Source: an uncultured virus (IMG/VR IMGVR_UViG_3300044805_000534)
Taxonomy: Duplodnaviria; Heunggongvirae; Uroviricota; Caudoviricetes
DNA length: 64,000 nt
Reading direction: 5' to 3' (one strand)
Virus record (IMG/VR): IMGVR_UViG_3300044805_000534
In this document: positions 1 through 11,164 of the stretch, piece after piece
Layout of the letters: the number at the start of each line of letters is the position of its first letter
Position numbering within the stretch: position 1 is the stretch's first letter
Notes under the pieces: model-generated
The model's database searches: none
What the model was told of the DNA's origin: nothing
What the model saw: the letters and a program-made list of their open reading frames with translations, nothing else
Program-made: the position numbers and the translations under genes

Positions 1-2
1 AT

Positions 3-404
3 GTATGTACAGCTCACCAAAGCGTAATGCGAGGCCATATTCGAGTTATTCCAAGTCTAGTTGCGCCAATTACTCCAAGTGCTGAACAAGGCAATGCTAA
101 TCAAGTGTCATATACTTCAAATACTGGCAGCTATTCACTAGCATCAAACTCTGCAATTACTAAAGCAATTCATATAGATTCAACTGTGTGTATAAGTATA
201 AATGGAGTAAGACGACTCTTAACAGATTCAAATACGTCTCCTTTCTTTTTTAGCCGAACTGGTGGTATAAATCAATTATTATTAGCTCAAGTGCAGGCAG
301 GAGATTCACTTTATACGAGGCCTGCATATTTAGAACATGGATTAGAAACCACTGATCTTATTCTGCTTGAATATTTTAGCGGAGGCACAGTTACGCTTGC
401 ATAA
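3..404 (+). CDS. 5'-truncated hypothetical (probably virion) protein
   Basis: Frame is open from base 3 through the ATG at 27 to TAA at 404, so the gene probably starts before the window; lies upstream of the structural cluster. Confidence 0.55.
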   Translation, partial: VCTAHQSVMRGHIRVIPSLVAPITPSAEQGNANQVSYTSNTGSYSLASNSAITKAIHIDSTVCISINGVRRLLTDSNTSPFFFSRTGGINQLLLAQVQAGDSLYTRPAYLEHGLETTDLILLEYFSGGTVTLA

Positions 405-456
405 ATTACTGAACAATCAACAAATAAATAACTTAAATAAAAAGACTTTATAAACA

Positions 457-1923
457 ATGGCACTAATTAAAGGTAAACAACTACAAGATACGTCAGTTTC
501 ACTAACTAAGCTGAGCGGCGCAACTGGTTCAGTTACGTTAACTACTGGTACAATTACCACACCTGCTGCAAACTTAGTAATAAGTAGCTTACCAGTATCT
601 GGAAGTCAAGCCGCAAACAAAGAATATGTCGATTCGGTTGCAACTGGATTAGATATAAAAAAATCAGTAGTGGCAGTTTATCGCACATACGTTGCAGCAG
701 CAGGCGGTACTCCAGCGATAACTACTAACAGCCAGCTAGACGGGGTCGACGCAGATGACGGTAATGTGTATACAGCGATTACCACACAGGCTGTCATCGG
801 GTTGCTTGTACTTGACGGTATTACCATTACTGACGGTGATCGTGTCCTAATTGCAATTCAACAAACCGGTGCTCGCCGTAAGGTAAACGGTATTTACGTA
901 TATCAAGCCGGTCAATTAATTAGATCCGAAGATGCTGATAACGTAACTGCAAATATTGGAGAAGTTTCTGGCGGATTATTTACCTTTGTTGAGCAAGGAA
1001 CAGTATATGGCGACACAGGTTGGGTATTAAGTTCACCGAACGGAGCAATTAGCGGCCAGACTGGAGCTGCTGGTTTATATGACTTTACTAATAACCCAGC
1101 TGGACTGGTTGAACTTGAATTTACTCAATTCTCTGCAGCCGGTGTTGCTGAAGCTGGCGTAGGTTTAACAAGAACTGGTACCAAATTTAATGTAAACTAC
1201 GACGACTCTTCAATTGGTATTGATGCCAATGATGCACTATACGTTAAAGCCAATGGTATTACCAATGCCATGATTTTAAATGAGTTTATTACCTTTGCTG
1301 GAGACTCTGGAAGTAGTAATATTGCACTAGGCGGAACTTTAACAATTGCAGGTGGAACAAACGGAATCGATACAGCATATAGCGCTGGAACCTTAACTAT
1401 TAATTTAGATCTTTCTGAATTAAGTACAGTTTCTACAATTGCAGATTCTGATTTTATTGCTGGTGTAACCGCAAATGGTGCAACCAACCAAAAAATTACA
1501 TTTGCTAATCTTAAAACCTTAATTGGAGCTGCTAGTCAGTTAAGTATCAGCGCCGAAGGTGCTACTGCGTCTAGTTTAGATTTAGATACAGATACTTTAG
1601 ATTTTGCAACTGGTCAAGGTTTAACCTTTGCTGCAACCGGCGGTGCTGCTCCTGGTACAACAAATACACTTACCTTAACCGTTAGTAATAATGCACTAAA
1701 CGTTCACCAAGCAACTTCATATACAACCGCAGCCTCAGGTAATACTGATATTACGATAACAGCTGCTGCCGAGGTATTTTCAGTTACAGTAAACGGAGTA
1801 ATGTTAAAGAAAACTACAAACTGGGTATGGCCACAGGGCGCAAACACAGTAGTTCGAGTAACAGGATTACCTTATGCTCTAGAAGCATCTGATGAAATCG
1901 AAATTACTTATAGAGTAGCTTAA
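457..1923 (+). CDS. Virion structural / tail-fibre-like protein
   Basis: 488 aa, Gly/Thr/Ala-rich; ANKEYVD..GLD.K, GDRVL, NGIYV and FTFVEQGT motifs typical of phage fibre/decoration proteins; followed by a terminator. Confidence 0.7.
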   Translation: MALIKGKQLQDTSVSLTKLSGATGSVTLTTGTITTPAANLVISSLPVSGSQAANKEYVDSVATGLDIKKSVVAVYRTYVAAAGGTPAITTNSQLDGVDADDGNVYTAITTQAVIGLLVLDGITITDGDRVLIAIQQTGARRKVNGIYVYQAGQLIRSEDADNVTANIGEVSGGLFTFVEQGTVYGDTGWVLSSPNGAISGQTGAAGLYDFTNNPAGLVELEFTQFSAAGVAEAGVGLTRTGTKFNVNYDDSSIGIDANDALYVKANGITNAMILNEFITFAGDSGSSNIALGGTLTIAGGTNGIDTAYSAGTLTINLDLSELSTVSTIADSDFIAGVTANGATNQKITFANLKTLIGAASQLSISAEGATASSLDLDTDTLDFATGQGLTFAATGGAAPGTTNTLTLTVSNNALNVHQATSYTTAASGNTDITITAAAEVFSVTVNGVMLKKTTNWVWPQGANTVVRVTGLPYALEASDEIEITYRVA

Positions 1924-1952
1924 TTTAACTACTAAATATTTTTTTAAATAAG

Positions 1953-1976
1953 AGCCTCCTTTATGGAGGCTTTTTT
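1953..1976 (+). terminator. Rho-independent terminator
   Basis: agcctcc-tttat-ggaggct hairpin followed by a T-run. Confidence 0.8.
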
Positions 1977-2000
1977 ATTATTCAAAGTCAAAACTTGGAG

Positions 2001-2008
2001 TATAAATA
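2001..2008 (+). promoter_or_regulatory. T4-like late promoter TATAAATA
   Basis: Exact T4 late consensus between the terminator and the ATG at 2035; the core ATAAATA recurs before many structural genes. Confidence 0.55.
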
Positions 2009-2034
2009 TCTATAGAAAAGATACAAACTCATAA

Positions 2035-2463
2035 ATGGCTCAAGTTAAACTAAAACAAGTTAATATCAGTACTCACATGACGTATAACGAAACGTCTGGA
2101 GATATTAGTCATAATGGTAATTTTTCAGCTGTTACCAAGCAGTTCTTAATTGACCATCCAACCAAGCCAGGTTTTAAACTTGCGCACGGTAACTTAGAAG
2201 GCCCCGAACATGGCATCTACCTTAGAGGAAAGAGTGAAGCTAAACGTATCTTTTTTCCAGAATATTGGGCAAGCTTAGCAAATGCGGACTCAATCACAGT
2301 TACAATTACACCATTCGGTAAATCTCAATCGTTGTGGATTAAACATATTACTGATACTTATTTTGAAGTAGCAGGCTCGCACAAGCCAACTTTTTTTTAT
2401 TTAGTGCAGGCTGAACGTAAAGATGTTAAACCATTACAAATTGAGATAGACATGAATAAATAA
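2035..2463 (+). CDS. Small tail-fibre-associated protein
   Basis: KQFLIDHP...L.HGNLEGPE.GIYLRG...P.YW motif seen at phage fibre C-termini. Confidence 0.6.
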   Translation: MAQVKLKQVNISTHMTYNETSGDISHNGNFSAVTKQFLIDHPTKPGFKLAHGNLEGPEHGIYLRGKSEAKRIFFPEYWASLANADSITVTITPFGKSQSLWIKHITDTYFEVAGSHKPTFFYLVQAERKDVKPLQIEIDMNK

Positions 2464-2484
2464 TTCAAATAGTCTATTACATAC

Positions 2485-5400
2485 GTGGCGCAAACGGTCA
2501 AGATAACTCCCGCATCCGGTTTATTAGAATTCATAGGTAATACTACGTCGAACAAACCGTATCTACAGCATGATGATAATGGCAATCTTACATTAACTCT
2601 ACAGGCGACTAAAAAATTCACAGTTGCCGGCAATCTTAAGGTTAATGGTAAGGTTACAATGGCTCAGCAAACCCTGACTGATGGCGCAGCTATTACTTGG
2701 GACTTTAACTCTGGAGCAAATGCAAAGGTAACCCTCGCTGGAGCTAGAACGTTAGTACTTTCCAATATGGAAACTGGCGATACTGGTTTAATCTTGGTTA
2801 AACAAGATGCAGCTGGTAGCCGAACCCTAACCCTGCCAGGCTCAAGTTCAATTGTTGGCGGCGGTACCTATACTGCAAGTCCAGCTGCAAATGCAACTGA
2901 TGTCTTAGGAGTTTACTATGATGGTACAACTTATTGGTGGACGATTGGTTATAATACAGTAACCCCGCCCTTAACTTCAGTTGGAATTACTGGTGCAGAC
3001 TTTACAATTGCAAACTCACCATTAACAGCAAACGGCAATATAGGTTTAGCCCTAGCGACAGTTAACTCAAACGTTGGCCAATTTGGTTCAGCGACAGCAG
3101 TTCCTGTAATTACAGTTAATGCCAAAGGTTTGGTTACTGCCGTATCTGCAACTAATATTTCAATTCCAACAAACTTAGACAGCTTAACTGATGTTACAAT
3201 AACATCGGCTGCTACTAATCAGCTATTACAATTTAATGGATCGCAATGGGTTAATTGGACTCCAAATTATATTACTTCCTATACAGAAACTGATCCGACT
3301 GTACCTTCTCATGTTAAGTCAATTACAACAACTGAAAAATCTAATTGGAATACAGCATACGGATGGGGTAATCACGCTACCGCAGGCTATTTAACTTCTG
3401 TTACAAATATTTCAGGATATGCTGGAACTTTAATTAGAGAAGATAACCGAACAATATCTCCCAGTGAACTGACAGCTGGCCAAATGAAATTTGGTTTTAC
3501 GTCATGGACTAATGATAACAATTCTCCATACGCAGATTTTATACACATGCGTTCTTATACAGATTCGTCTGGTGGAACAGATAACCTTATCATGTTCAAG
3601 AAATCTGGTATTGGAATGCGCATTTGGCAACAAACTTGGGGTTCAACTAGTCCTTATTCTTCATATGTTGATGCATGGACAACCGGAAACTTTACACAAA
3701 CCGATGTAAACAATTGGAATACAGCATACGGATGGGGTAATCACGCAACACAAGGTTATGCAACTCAAACCTATGTAAACACAGCTGTTTCTAATTTAGT
3801 AGCAAGCTCGCCAGCTGCATTAGATACTCTAAACGAACTTGCTGCAGCATTAGGAAACGACGCTTCATTCTCAACTACCGTATCTACCGCCTTGGGTAAT
3901 AGACTAAGAGTTGATATTAATACACAAGGTCTTACTGCAACCCAAAAGGGTTACGGTAGAACTAACTTAGGAGTTGTAATTGGAACTGACGTTCAGGCAT
4001 GGGACGGAGATTTAGATGCAATTGCTGCACTTGCAGCAACCAGCGGATTCTTAAAGAAAACTGCTGCAAATACTTGGTCACTAGATACAAATACATATAT
4101 TACCGGAAACCAAACAATAACACTAAGCGGTGATATTACTGGATCTGGAACAACCTCAATTTCAACTGCATTATCAAATACTGGAGTTACTGCTTCTACT
4201 TATAAATCAGTAACAGTTGATGCAAAAGGCCGAGTTACAGCAGGATCTAATCCTACTACTCTTGCTGGATATGGTATTACTAATGCAGTTACATATGGCG
4301 ATTATATTACCCAAAGTGTGTTCTCTGGAAAAACTATTACAGTTAACCCGGTAATTATAAAAGAGTTATTATTTGGTGGAAGTAACCGATATACACAAAC
4401 TGATTCTTATACTGGAACTTATCCAAATGCCGGGAGTACTTGGGTTAGAACCTACCGATTAAATAATGGAGAAAATGCAGTTTATTCAAGTGGTAACGTT
4501 TATCTTGGATTCTGGGTAAACTATCCGCCCGCTAACGTTACGGTTAGAGTAAGAAATACAAGCGGTGTGTATTATGGCCCATTCACTGGATCTGACATAA
4601 GCATAACTGGTCAGTTTGCATTTTGGAAAATTCCATGTGGTGGAGCAAACTTCATTGATACATGGGAAATTACATTCACTCCTCAAGCTGGTTTAGGCGT
4701 CAATCTACAAACCGTTAATATCGCAATTGATAATGGCGAAGGTATTGATCAATTCCCTATTGTTCATAGAGATGGTTCAACCATGTACGGCCGGCTTAAT
4801 TTTATGTCAGGCGGATCAGTTAGAGCATATGTTGATCCAAGTGGAGCTATTTATGGATCTGGTAATTTTACAGCAAATTCATTTGTAAAAGCTGGAGGAA
4901 CCAGTACCCAATTCTTAAAAGCAGATGGTTCCGTTGATTCAAGCTCATATATTACTTTAACTTCTTTAAGTGGAAGCACAGGTATTAGTTATAACAATAC
5001 AACTGGTGCTATTAGTTCTACAATAACACAATATACGGATGCTTTGGCTAGAGCTGCTCATAGCTTTACGGCAGGCAGTGGCGCATATAACGCTACAACT
5101 GGAGTTATAACAATACCTACTAATAACAATCAGTTAACAAACGGAGCAGGTTATATCACATCTTATGCAGAAACTGATACTCTTGCTAGTGTAACCGGAC
5201 GTGGTGCAACCACAAATACTGCTTCTGTATTTGCAGGCGGATTATACGCTCGAAAAGCGCAAGGCGACGGCGATTATACAACAGCTGCTCTTTGGACTGA
5301 ATCCTATAACAACACAACGACCGGTATAGCATTTCATATTAGTGGTGTGGTTGGTAAGTTCTTAGAAATGAGAGTAGACCAAAGGCTATATTGGGATAAC

Positions 5401-8367
5401 TCACAAGTATGGACAGCTGGTAACTTAACTAACCTAAACCAATTAACCAATGGCCCAGCTTATATTACAACCTCCGCTCTTTCTGGATATGCAACTCAAA
5501 CCTATGTAAACACAGCTGTTTCTAACTTAGTTGCATCGGCTCCTAGTACACTAGACACACTTAACGAATTAGCTACCGCATTAGGTAATGATGCTAATTT
5601 TGCTACCACAATTACCACATCAATAGGAAACAAAGTTTCTAAAAGTGGTGATACAATGACTGGTAATCTTGCCTTTGGTGCAACATCTGGATTAGGACTT
5701 ACTTGGGGATTAAATACAGATGCCGCATTTATTAAATTTATATCAACCGGCAACCAGGCTGGAGGATCTTACCTTGAAATTGGTACACAAGATGACTCAA
5801 ACGAAGAAATTAAGTTTACTCAATCTGGAGCTCTTAAATTTTATTTAGCAACTGATGGTAATTTAAAAACTGGTTCAGGTTACAATTACGTTTGGGAAAA
5901 CGGCACTTGGGCAATTGGTATTTCTGGAAACGCTGCTACCGCTACGAATGTAGCATGGACTGGAGTAACAGGCAGACCTACTGCTCTTTCTCAATTCTCT
6001 AATGACTTAGGAAACTATGGCGGCTGGTTAACACAAGCAGCAGCTAATCCGCTATATGTTAATGTAACTGGCGACACAATGACTGGGCCTTTAGTAATTA
6101 CTGGTTCAACCAGCGGCCAGGAATTATTTGCAGTAAACGGAGTTAATGGCAGACTGTTCACAGTAAGTGATGATCTTTCAAATTCTCTATTTTCAGTAAA
6201 TACGGTAGCAGGTCTTCCTGTAATCGAAGCCTTTGCTAATAATACTGTTAATATTGGACCCTTTTCTGCGCCTATTGTAATTAATGCAAGTGGAATTTCT
6301 ACGCCAAGTCATGGTACTTCAGCGAATTGGAATTCTGCATATAATGATACAATAACTTCAGCTGCAGTTAGTGGAACAACTTCAAAAACCCTAACTCTTA
6401 CACAAAGAGATGGAGGCACAGTAACTGCAACTTGGACAGATATTGATACTGATACAAATACTGATGCACAAACGCTTAGTCTTTCTGGAAATACCTTAAG
6501 TATTTCAGGAGGTAACTCTGTAACGCTTGCATCAACTGGAATTTCTCAAGCAACAGCAGACGGGCTATATGTTAATATAGGTGGAGATGAAATGACAGGA
6601 AATCTGTACATTTCTCCAATTAGTGCTAACCCAGCACAAATTCAATTGGCTGGATCTAATCCAGAATTATATGTTAGCGCTAAAACAGGAACTGCCAGAG
6701 TATTCATTAGCCGACAAGGAACAGGGAATCAGGCAACACTAATGTTTATGACCGCCATGGGCACATATCAAGGAACTGCTTGGGATTACACAGGAGCACC
6801 AATGTGGTCGATGGGAATGACTAATAATGCTAACACAAATAGCTTTAAACTTGGATATGGTGATATCTATGATCCAACTGTAGTTGCGCTTGAAATAACT
6901 ACTGCAAATACTGCATATTTTAAATATGTACCGTATGCAGCTGGAAACCTATTAGCAACTCAATCATGGGTAACTTCTCAAGGTTACATAACTGGATATA
7001 CAGAAACCGATACTCTAGCGAGTGTAACAGGTAGAGGAGCAACCACGTCAACTCCAATAACAATAACCGGTAGTGAAGGAAGAGAGGTTGCTGTATACAT
7101 TCCATCTTCGTACACCACAAATGACCTAGTCTCTGGTCATGAATATCAATGGTACAACGACCACTGGAGACTTGGTATGACTAGATCTGGTGGGGCGGCT
7201 GGTGCAGATTTTGTTATTCAATGGAACGCTGCTAGAAGATTATCTTTAACTAGTGGGGGTAACCTTTCTGTTACTGGCACCATAAGTGCAACTAACTTTA
7301 GTGGGTCATCTTCTGGTACAAATACAGGAGATCAAACTAATATTAGCGGCAATGCTGCTACTGCAACCACTGCCGGAGCTTTAACCTCAATGAATATTTC
7401 ACAGTTTACTAATAACAGTGGATATTTAACAAGTATAACAAGCGGAAACGTTACTACTGCTCTTGGATATACGCCTTGGCATGCAGGAAATGATGGAGCT
7501 GGTTCTGGTTTAGACGCAGATTTATTGGATGGATATACTTCAGATACTGCAGCAAACGTAAATACAATTGTACGAAGAGACTCTAGCGGAAATATCTATT
7601 CAAACTATGTCTTAGGATCATATTTTAATGCTTCTGCTGGTAACTCAGAAAACCCAACTATTGGTCAAATTTGGACTCAAAATACAAGTGATAACTATTT
7701 AAGAAAATCTACGCCTGGTCACTTTAGGAGTCAGGTTACAGATAGCTACTACTTATCACTAAGTGGAGGTACCCTTAGTGGAAACTTAAATATCATCGGC
7801 GAACTTGCATTTAGAGACGGATCTGGCGGATTTTATAATATAATTCGAGCAGCAGCTTATCCAAGCGAAGGTTTTGCAGCAGGCTCTAATTATTGGCTAG
7901 AATACCAATCTAGAGGAGGTCACCATTTTGTGCTAAATACAGACGGTGGAGTCGGCGGTGGTGCAAATACAATGGATGATTTCGTTATATGGCAAGGTGC
8001 AATTGATGGAGACCGTTTACTTGAAGTAAGTAATACTGGAACCCTAACAATCGCAAATCGATTAATAGAATTATCATCTATTAGATATAAAACTCAAGTT
8101 GAGTCCCTAACTCCAGCTCTAGATAAAGTCTTACAACTAAGACCAGTTCACTATGTTAAAATTGGTGGAACTGGCGAAACTGAAATTGGTTTAATTGCGG
8201 AAGAGGTTGCTGAAATCTATCCTGAATTAGTTAAATATGATAGTGAAGGTCAAGTTGATGGTATTAACTATACTCGTATCGCGCCAATCTTGATTAAGAC
8301 AATTCAAGAACAGCATGAAATAATTAAAAAATTAACCGAGAGAATTGAAAATCTTGAAAATAGATAA
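2485..8367 (+). CDS. Long tail fibre protein 1 with C-terminal intramolecular chaperone (peptidase S74-like)
   Basis: 1960 aa; repeated LDTLNELAAALGND and NWNTAYGWGNHA modules; C-terminal SSIRYK...LRPV.Y...GLIAEEV..IYPELV...coiled coil. Confidence 0.85.
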   Translation: MAQTVKITPASGLLEFIGNTTSNKPYLQHDDNGNLTLTLQATKKFTVAGNLKVNGKVTMAQQTLTDGAAITWDFNSGANAKVTLAGARTLVLSNMETGDTGLILVKQDAAGSRTLTLPGSSSIVGGGTYTASPAANATDVLGVYYDGTTYWWTIGYNTVTPPLTSVGITGADFTIANSPLTANGNIGLALATVNSNVGQFGSATAVPVITVNAKGLVTAVSATNISIPTNLDSLTDVTITSAATNQLLQFNGSQWVNWTPNYITSYTETDPTVPSHVKSITTTEKSNWNTAYGWGNHATAGYLTSVTNISGYAGTLIREDNRTISPSELTAGQMKFGFTSWTNDNNSPYADFIHMRSYTDSSGGTDNLIMFKKSGIGMRIWQQTWGSTSPYSSYVDAWTTGNFTQTDVNNWNTAYGWGNHATQGYATQTYVNTAVSNLVASSPAALDTLNELAAALGNDASFSTTVSTALGNRLRVDINTQGLTATQKGYGRTNLGVVIGTDVQAWDGDLDAIAALAATSGFLKKTAANTWSLDTNTYITGNQTITLSGDITGSGTTSISTALSNTGVTASTYKSVTVDAKGRVTAGSNPTTLAGYGITNAVTYGDYITQSVFSGKTITVNPVIIKELLFGGSNRYTQTDSYTGTYPNAGSTWVRTYRLNNGENAVYSSGNVYLGFWVNYPPANVTVRVRNTSGVYYGPFTGSDISITGQFAFWKIPCGGANFIDTWEITFTPQAGLGVNLQTVNIAIDNGEGIDQFPIVHRDGSTMYGRLNFMSGGSVRAYVDPSGAIYGSGNFTANSFVKAGGTSTQFLKADGSVDSSSYITLTSLSGSTGISYNNTTGAISSTITQYTDALARAAHSFTAGSGAYNATTGVITIPTNNNQLTNGAGYITSYAETDTLASVTGRGATTNTASVFAGGLYARKAQGDGDYTTAALWTESYNNTTTGIAFHISGVVGKFLEMRVDQRLYWDNSQVWTAGNLTNLNQLTNGPAYITTSALSGYATQTYVNTAVSNLVASAPSTLDTLNELATALGNDANFATTITTSIGNKVSKSGDTMTGNLAFGATSGLGLTWGLNTDAAFIKFISTGNQAGGSYLEIGTQDDSNEEIKFTQSGALKFYLATDGNLKTGSGYNYVWENGTWAIGISGNAATATNVAWTGVTGRPTALSQFSNDLGNYGGWLTQAAANPLYVNVTGDTMTGPLVITGSTSGQELFAVNGVNGRLFTVSDDLSNSLFSVNTVAGLPVIEAFANNTVNIGPFSAPIVINASGISTPSHGTSANWNSAYNDTITSAAVSGTTSKTLTLTQRDGGTVTATWTDIDTDTNTDAQTLSLSGNTLSISGGNSVTLASTGISQATADGLYVNIGGDEMTGNLYISPISANPAQIQLAGSNPELYVSAKTGTARVFISRQGTGNQATLMFMTAMGTYQGTAWDYTGAPMWSMGMTNNANTNSFKLGYGDIYDPTVVALEITTANTAYFKYVPYAAGNLLATQSWVTSQGYITGYTETDTLASVTGRGATTSTPITITGSEGREVAVYIPSSYTTNDLVSGHEYQWYNDHWRLGMTRSGGAAGADFVIQWNAARRLSLTSGGNLSVTGTISATNFSGSSSGTNTGDQTNISGNAATATTAGALTSMNISQFTNNSGYLTSITSGNVTTALGYTPWHAGNDGAGSGLDADLLDGYTSDTAANVNTIVRRDSSGNIYSNYVLGSYFNASAGNSENPTIGQIWTQNTSDNYLRKSTPGHFRSQVTDSYYLSLSGGTLSGNLNIIGELAFRDGSGGFYNIIRAAAYPSEGFAAGSNYWLEYQSRGGHHFVLNTDGGVGGGANTMDDFVIWQGAIDGDRLLEVSNTGTLTIANRLIELSSIRYKTQVESLTPALDKVLQLRPVHYVKIGGTGETEIGLIAEEVAEIYPELVKYDSEGQVDGINYTRIAPILIKTIQEQHEIIKKLTERIENLENR
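3343..3746 (+). repeat. 35-bp perfect direct repeat (3343-3377 / 3712-3746); variant at 8901-8935
   Basis: aattggaatacagcatacggatggggtaatcacgc occurs twice, encoding NWNTAYGWGNHA. Confidence 0.85.
3757..5525 (+). repeat. 38-bp perfect direct repeat (3757-3794 / 5488-5525)
   Basis: tatgcaactcaaacctatgtaaacacagctgtttctaa occurs twice. Confidence 0.85.
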
Positions 8368-11164
8368 CTAATATGGCACAATTAATATCAGGAACTACAA
8401 TTGCTGGACACAGCGCGATCCATGCTGGAAACCTAGCGGCTCACAGCATTGCGACAACGTCTTATGTTACAACACAAATTAATAACTTAATTAATGGTGC
8501 CCCTGGCGCGCTAGATACTCTTAATGAGTTGGCAGCAGCTTTAGGAAATGATGCAAGTTTTTCATCAACACTTACGAGCTCACTTGCAGGTAAAGTTTCA
8601 AAGGCTGGCGATACAATAACTGGAAAAATAACATTTCCATCCGCGGTAGCAAATCGTCCACGATTTCCTGGCGGTATAGTTGGTTTAGATGTAGGCGATG
8701 GTAACTTTGATATTTGGGGTATCTCTGGAGATTATTATCCTTCGCACGCAACCGCTGCTAATGCCTGGGGTTTAAGATGGAATGGTGATAACAATGATTT
8801 TGAATTTGTTGGTGGAGGAACAAGCCGCGTAATTTTAGACATGGACGGTGGTAATTTAACTATTACTGGTACCATTTCTGCCTCTGGATATAATGCCTCA
8901 AATTGGAACACTGCATACGGATGGGGTAACCATGCAAGTGCGGGTTATTTAACAAGTCTTCCTTCGCATAACCACGATGGTAGATACTTATTACTTTCAG
9001 GCGGAACCCTAACTGGAGACCTACTTTCAACTCATCCATATTATCCTGGCTATAATAATGCAGCAGTTGGTTCACAGGGTTCGTATTACCTCTATGGCGA
9101 TACCGGAAACTCTGGTATCAGAACCAATGGTAATTTCTTAGCAAATGGAGATATTTACTTGGGAACTAGAGGAAATTGGTTATCTACTTATCTAAATCAA
9201 AATGTTAGAACAGACAGTGCCCCTTCATTTAGCAGTGTATATCTAGGTGGATCTCAATTAACTGGGACTAAAGTTAACGGCCTATCTAATATGTTAGGCG
9301 TTACAACCTTACCATATTCTGTTGACATTACAGTTGATGGAGACCCTGACAGATTTTATGCTGTTCAGTTTTGGGGAGGAGATCAGGATGTTTGGCGTAG
9401 AATTATTATTAAGCGCGGATATGGTGAACCTGCTCCTTGGGATCCAATTGGAACAGGTGTTCACCATGGAGGTCTTCTCTTAGATTGGGAAGGTAATTTT
9501 GGTGGATGGGGCGGTGCTGAATATGCAGATCGTTTACGAGTATTTAACGAATCTTATACAAACGTATGCGCCGATATGTTCATATATAGCCACTCAATGG
9601 GGTATGTCTTTATGTTACGTGGAGGTGGCGCAGTTTATCACCTATTTTCTGATCAACCAATTAATGGTTTTTATCAAAGCGGTTCACCTGACATTTTATA
9701 TAGTTCAAGTACATTATCTTATGATGATGCTTGGTCAGGTACAAATCAATATGATGTCCCTGCGCCTGCTCCATTAGGATTAGCTGCAGTCAATTCATCA
9801 CGTATAGATGGTCTCCGAACTAAGAAACAATCTTTGTTAGATGGTAGATATGCAGCAATATCACATTCGCATACATTTGCTTCATTAACCAGTAAACCAA
9901 CTACAATTTCAGGTTATGGCATTACTGACGCAATCACAACCGGTAATATTGGCTCTCAGTCTGTAAGCAATGCTACAACAGCAGGTGGGTTAGCAGTACA
10001 CGGTGGTAGAAACAATGAAGTAAACAAAATTGTAAGAACAGATGCCAATGGATATATTCAAGCGGGATGGATTAACACAACTTCTGGAGCATTTTCAAGT
10101 GGTATAAATAAAATATATTGTTCTGATGATGACTATATGCGTTATCAAACTCCAGCAAACTTTATATCAAACTTAGGATTAATCACAACCGGTAATATTG
10201 GTTCTCAATCTGTTACTTACGCAACAAACTCTACACGATTATATGCTAGTGATGGAAGTTATGTTTACGGCGGAGCTGCTCCATACTATATGTACATGAA
10301 CTATGATGGTGGTAGTTACTGGGAACTTAAAGTTTCTCCAGGTACTCCAGCTGGTGTACGAGTTGCCTATGCAAATATTGCAGGAACATCTTCACAAGTA
10401 ACTATAAATTATGATAATAATTCAAACTCAACATATCAATTATTATGGGGTTCTGGTAATAATGTTTATGGGACAACCCACGTTTATGTAAATCCTAGCA
10501 CAGATGTTATCTATGCAAAAGGCGGTTACATAAGTCCTGGAAATCCTTGGAACACTGCCGATTCTGCATTCTTTCCTAATGGTATTTCAACAGCGGGCGC
10601 TGATAACTGGATATATGGTCACACCTATATAGCGGCAGCCCCTTCTGGAGGCGCGGGTCATGAATATTGGAGTGATGGTTCTGAGTTTCATAGAAGTAAC
10701 GTTGGTACAGCGAGCCATGGACAATCTGGAAAATGGATAACTTTACAATCAGCAACTGGAGACTTTATTCCATACAGTTTTGAATCTGATAGAGGTAATC
10801 ACTCTTGGGGTATTGTAGCTAGATATAGAATAAATACTGCCGATTCTGATAGACCATCTATTCAATTTTCATATGGAGGTAATGATACTAGATGGAATGT
10901 AGGATATTGTTCTAATGATGATAACTTTCGTGTTACTCAAAACATGGGTTATAGAAATAATAACTCAACTTCAGATGGATGGGGTACAGAAAGATTTAAA
11001 ATAGATACTTCTGGAAATACTTATGCTGCTATTGGCGGAACATTGTATGCGAACGGTAGTGCTGTAATAACTTCAGCAAACATTGGTTCACAAACTGTAG
11101 CTACAGCCGGCGCTCTAAGTTCAATGAATATTTCTCAGTTTACTAATAACAGTGGATATTTAAC
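7387..11164 (+). repeat. 44-bp near-identical repeat shared between the two fibre genes (7387-7430 / 11121-11164)
   Basis: tcaatgaatatttc(a/t)cagtttactaataacagtggatatttaac, one mismatch. Confidence 0.8.
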